64,000 bases of DNA from Bdellovibrionota bacterium (GTDB lineage Bacteria > Bdellovibrionota_C > UBA2361 > JAAYZI01), in the NCBI GenBank assembly GCA_050950765.1, contig JBMNIF010000002.1:11738-75737 (forward strand). Reading direction: 5' to 3'. The notes beneath the pieces are model-generated. The model was not told the origin of the DNA. It saw nothing but the letters and a program-made list of their open reading frames with translations, and made no database searches. Positions 60,228 through 64,000 of the stretch are shown here, in pieces. Numbering within the stretch: position 1 is the first letter of the stretch; each line of letters begins with the position of its first letter. The position numbers were made by a program, and so were the translations under genes.

Positions 60228-62976
60228 ATGAGAACGTTCTATATCTACGCCGGAAGAGGTACTATGGATCCTGTTGCTGGCATCATTATCACAACAAAAT
60301 GCGGTTTATGGGCATGGGAATACTTTCGGGAGATGTTAACTGAACTAGCAGATATGTTGTCTGTTCGTTTTTCCGGTTGCTTTTTTACCCGTGAAGGGAT
60401 CTGCTACATCGCTTTAACCACAGATGATTCATCAGCAGATCTTTTGGTCAGCACCTTTTACTCATCACTCTCATTTATCTTTCCCGATCTAGAGATACAT
60501 GAAATGCCAGATTTCATAGATGAGATAACTCCTGATATGGAGGTAGCCTCTACGGAATTACGTTTTAAACGTAATTTCATCTTTCCAACTACTACGGGTG
60601 CAGAGTTAAAAGTCGACTCTCTAGCTCCATTAGCTAACGCTATGGTGAACTTCCCTCCTGAAGATAGAGTATATCGTACAAACTATTATGCGCCCCCTAA
60701 AAGATGATGTTTGGTTACAATTCTACATTGCGATAAACAGGGTCTTGGATCACATCAAGCATAAATTTGATGTTAAGTACTGGTTTAAAAGAGATGTTGT
60801 TGAATACATGTATGAACGGGTAGAGAAAAAGTGTAAAGACAGATTTTACGAAGCAACTATCCGTTTAGTTGCTTTTAAAAAATGTGAGCAAACTCCTGCT
60901 GCAAGAAAGGAGACGCGCGAGATATTAAAAAAGCGACTTTCTTCGATGGTTGGCGCTTATTCTTTTTTAAATCAGACAGATCTTAATAAGTACGTTCCGA
61001 CACCTGTTGTGTACGGTGAGCGCGCCTTAAGACCGTTAAAAAGACGCACCTTCGGACATAAGATACTAGTGACACCCATCGAGCTTGCTGCCGCTTGGCA
61101 CCCCACAGGTGATTTCTCCAATATGCCGAGGGTCTTGGCAAAACACTACGCCCCGCCACCAGAGATGCCACAAGAAGAGGGCGATCCAAATGTCTGCTTC
61201 TTTGCCCGTACTAATTTCAGAGAAACTAGGGTTCCTTTCGGATTTAGCCGCCCCGATCGTAGAAAACACCTTTATGTACTCGGCAAATCAGGAACTGGGA
61301 AATCATCCATGTTACAACTACTCATCAAGAGCGACATGGAGAATGGGCACGGTCTAGCTGTAATCGATCCACACGGAGATCTGATAAACAATCTTTTAAA
61401 GCTTGTTCCGAAAAACAGGGTTGATGATGTTATTATTTTAGATCCTGCCGACAGAGACTTTCCTGCTAGCTTTAATCCATTAGCTTGGGTGCCGGAACAT
61501 TTAAGGATGTCGGTAACGTTAGGAATCGTTGCTATTTTCAAGAAGTTGTTAGGCGAGAGGTGGAATGAGCATGTAGACTATTTAGTGCGTTTTACTGTCT
61601 CAGCTTTACTTAGCACTCACGATGCTACCTTGATGTCAATTCCGAAAATTCTAACAGATGTACGGTACAGAACAGCTGTGGCAGGTGTTGTAAGCGACAG
61701 TGGCATCAGAAAATTCTGGCTGCACGCTTTTGATTCATGGTCAGAAGCTCATCAAGCTGATGCTATAATTCCACTTATAGACGTTTTACGTCACTTCTTA
61801 TCATCAGACATGATCAGAAATATCGTCGGGCAACCTGTAAATCGCTTTGATTTCAGGTCTATTATGGACAATAAAAAGATCCTACTTGTTAAAGTTTCAA
61901 AAGGGCTGCTCGGAGATGAAAATGCCACCCTTTTCGGCTCTCTCGTTGTTAGCAAGATCTATCAAGCTGCTATGTCAAGAGCTGATATCCCGCAGGAAGA
62001 AAGGAAAGATTTTTATTTTTACATCGATGAATTCCAAACTTTTGCATCTGAAAACGTTAAAGATATGTTGGCAGAATCGCGCAAATATCACCTTAATTTA
62101 ACTTTAGCACATCAGTTTTTAAAGCAGCTGCCGAGCGATGTTAGTAACACCATCTTCGGCAATGTTGGAAATTTCGTTACATTCTGCGTCAGCGGAGATG
62201 ATGCAGGCACTGTTTCAAGAGAATTATCAAACGAGTTTGACCTTGTATCATTAACAAGTCTGCCGTTACGAGAGTTTTATGTAAAGATGTTGGTTAATGA
62301 CAAACCTACTAAGCCCTTCTCCGGAACAACTTTAACAATTAAATATCCGGATAATAACTGCGCTGATGAGTGTGTTAACGCTTCTAGAAGTAAATATGCC
62401 GTTCCTCTAAAACAGGCTAAAGATATGATTCTCCGTTGGAGGAAAGGTGACACCTCTTTTATCAAACCTGAAATGTTCGCAGAGCTTAAGATCGATCTAC
62501 GCCAACACCTGAGACGGCACGAAAGTGTCTTACAACTTTCAGATCTGGATATTACTGATGAGCATTTATTGCAATTAAGTCATACCGCTTTTGATAATGT
62601 CAGAGAATTGCTCTTAAGTAATACGCACATTACAGACAAGGGCTTGATTTCGATAGCTAACTTACGGAATCTTACTCACCTTTTCCTTGACGGCACTGAT
62701 ATTACTGATGACGGCTTAAAAGCGATCATGATGCTACCACGCTTGCAGATCCTAAATCTTAGTAGGACAGCGGTTTCAGGTGTTGGGCTTGCAACTCTAC
62801 GAGGATCCGAGATTAGAAAACTAATCCTACGGGAAACTAGGCTGACCGATAGTGGCTTAGATTGCCTGACTGAATTTAAACAATTAGCAGAAGTGGCTTT
62901 AGAGGGAACTGCTATTTCTGACAAAGCCTTCGATATACTTTGCTCGAACTTACCTAATGTTAATATTCACGCCTAA
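60228..62976 (+). pseudogene. Copy 2 of the ATPase-LRR gene, about 85% identical to copy 1, with a frameshift near 60690 (ORFs 60225-60707 and 60688-62976).
   Basis: The same domain order and the same motifs (YVLGKSGTGKSS, VIDPHGDL, ESRKYHLNLTLAHQF, LRRs). The reading frame switches in a C5/AT region relative to copy 1. Confidence 0.6.
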
Positions 62977-63069
62977 GGGGCAGATCCATTTAGGTTTTTT
63001 AAGTTAGACAATAAAAAACGTAACCTGTTACAGGGTGTATAACCACAAAATACATCCTGTACTCTTTAC

Positions 63070-63865
63070 GTTAAAAATCTGGTGCCACCCTTCTTTTTTG
63101 CCGCTTTGGCGGCTTAAGCGATTTGACGCGATAGTTCGGCGAATTTGGTGCCACCCACCAGTTAAAGTGGGTGTCCTAATTGGGGCAGGGGTCGAAAATT
63201 TGGTGCCACCCACCAGTGCTAAAAAACTCTAAAATTGTAATAGCTAATAATATCAGTATGTTAGCAAAAGTCCTGCATTCGGCGAATTTGGTGCCACCCT
63301 TCTTTGTTGCAGGCTGTCGCTGGTGCCACCCACTAGGGACGATTGAACGGGTGGACGAATTTGGTGCCACCCACCAGTTAAAAGTGGGTGTCCTAATTGG
63401 CAGCTAGTAATATCAGTATGCTAGTAAAAGTCCTACATTCGGCGAATTTGGTGCCACCCTTCTTTTTTGCCGCTTTGACGGCTTTGGTCAAAAATTTGGT
63501 GCCACCCTTCAGTTTGAGCGGATCTTAACGGCTTGTCACTGGTGCCACCCACCAGTGTTACAAGACTCTAAAATCAGGATAGCCAATAATATCAAGATGT
63601 TAGCAAAAGCTTAGCATTCGGCGAATTTGGTGCCACCCTTCAGGGACAGCAGGACGGGCTGCAACTGCAAAACAGATCGGTTAGGTTTCTACGGAGGTTA
63701 AAAATTTGGTGCCACCCTTTAGGGACAATTACCCTCCACCCACTAGGGGCGCTTGAGCGGGCTGATACAGAAAAGCGAATTAGCCAGATTTTCTACGGAG
63801 GTTAAAAATTTGAGCGGGCTACAACTGCAAAACGGATTCGGCTAGGTTTCTACGGAGGTCAAAAC
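63070..63865. repeat. Array E of the mosaic repeat family (about 11 cores, GGTGCCACCC orientation) with embedded small hairpins.
   Basis: Seen directly in sequence. Lies between the end of ATPase-LRR copy 2 (+) and a minus-strand ORF that ends at 63869. Confidence 0.9.
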
Positions 63866-63868
63866 TCT

Positions 63869-64000
63869 TAACCTTGCTTTTTTAAGCTCTCTGCAATTTT
63901 TAAAATTTGCTGCGTAGCTTTTTTGACATCATTCAACGTGCCGTTTCCGCCGACACAACCACCTTCACAACACATCACTTCCACCAAATTACCTTCAGGG
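63869..64000 (-). CDS. 3' end (about 43 aa) of a minus-strand gene truncated by the window edge. The fragment ends ...EVMCCEGGCVGGNGT...
   Basis: Open frame running to the window end with a stop at about 63869. The Cys-Gly motif is reminiscent of Fe-S/H-cluster-type motifs, but there is too little sequence to call it. Confidence 0.3.

Noticed and set aside
63869-64000. [FeFe]-hydrogenase-like H-cluster motif (EVMCCEGGCVGG) in the partial ORF at the window edge.
   Set aside because: Only about 43 residues are visible. The spacing to the C-terminus does not match HydA well. There is insufficient sequence, so it is kept only as an unassigned partial CDS.

Overview
This is a 64-kb chromosomal window from a low-GC (roughly 40%) Gram-negative bacterium; no organism assignment is possible from sequence alone. 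The organism is diderm on gene content: lipoprotein signal peptidase LspA, OmpA-domain lipoproteins, class A PBP, PBP4 and SLT-domain lytic transglycosylases. Most of the window is ordinary housekeeping: an S8 subtilase, ispF, glgB (eukaryote-type GH13 branching enzyme), gap, udk, an LtaS-like sulfatase, an OmpR/histidine-kinase pair with a DAGK-like lipid kinase, etfBA, mrcA, map, a hemC-hemD fusion, hemE, malQ, greA, gltA, folA, thyA, a NUDIX hydrolase, a mitochondrial-type aconitase, dacB, tRNA-Lys(CTT) and tRNA-Val(CAC). Layered on this are six unusual things. (1) A previously unnoticed mosaic short-repeat family with a conserved 15-bp core, AATTTGGTGCCACCC or its complement, has more than 40 copies in five arrays in both orientations; four arrays fill convergent intergenic regions. 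(2) An IS4-superfamily insertion sequence (26076-27903) with imperfect terminal inverted repeats and a 7-8 bp target-site duplication is inserted directly into one of these arrays. (3) At 57.2-63.0 kb sits a tandem pair of large paralogous genes encoding a novel architecture: an unknown N-terminal domain, a HerA/TraD-like P-loop ATPase and C-terminal leucine-rich repeats. The promoter regions are duplicated and each copy carries a different frameshift. (4) A duplicated novel membrane-protein family (37.5-39.8 kb) is separated by one repeat array. (5) Three consecutive glycine-zipper/coiled-coil lipoproteins lie immediately upstream of lspA. (6) There are further oddities: a 402-bp tandem duplication with 9-bp junction microhomology, a MITE-like nested repeat field downstream of tRNA-Val, a truncated DeaD/CsdA-like protein lacking its ATPase domain, and several genes interrupted at homopolymer tracts, which is either genome decay or a sequencing artefact. 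No CRISPR array, cas gene, reverse transcriptase or recognisable defence operon was seen. All calls rest on reading the sequence and the ORF translations, and no database search was possible.
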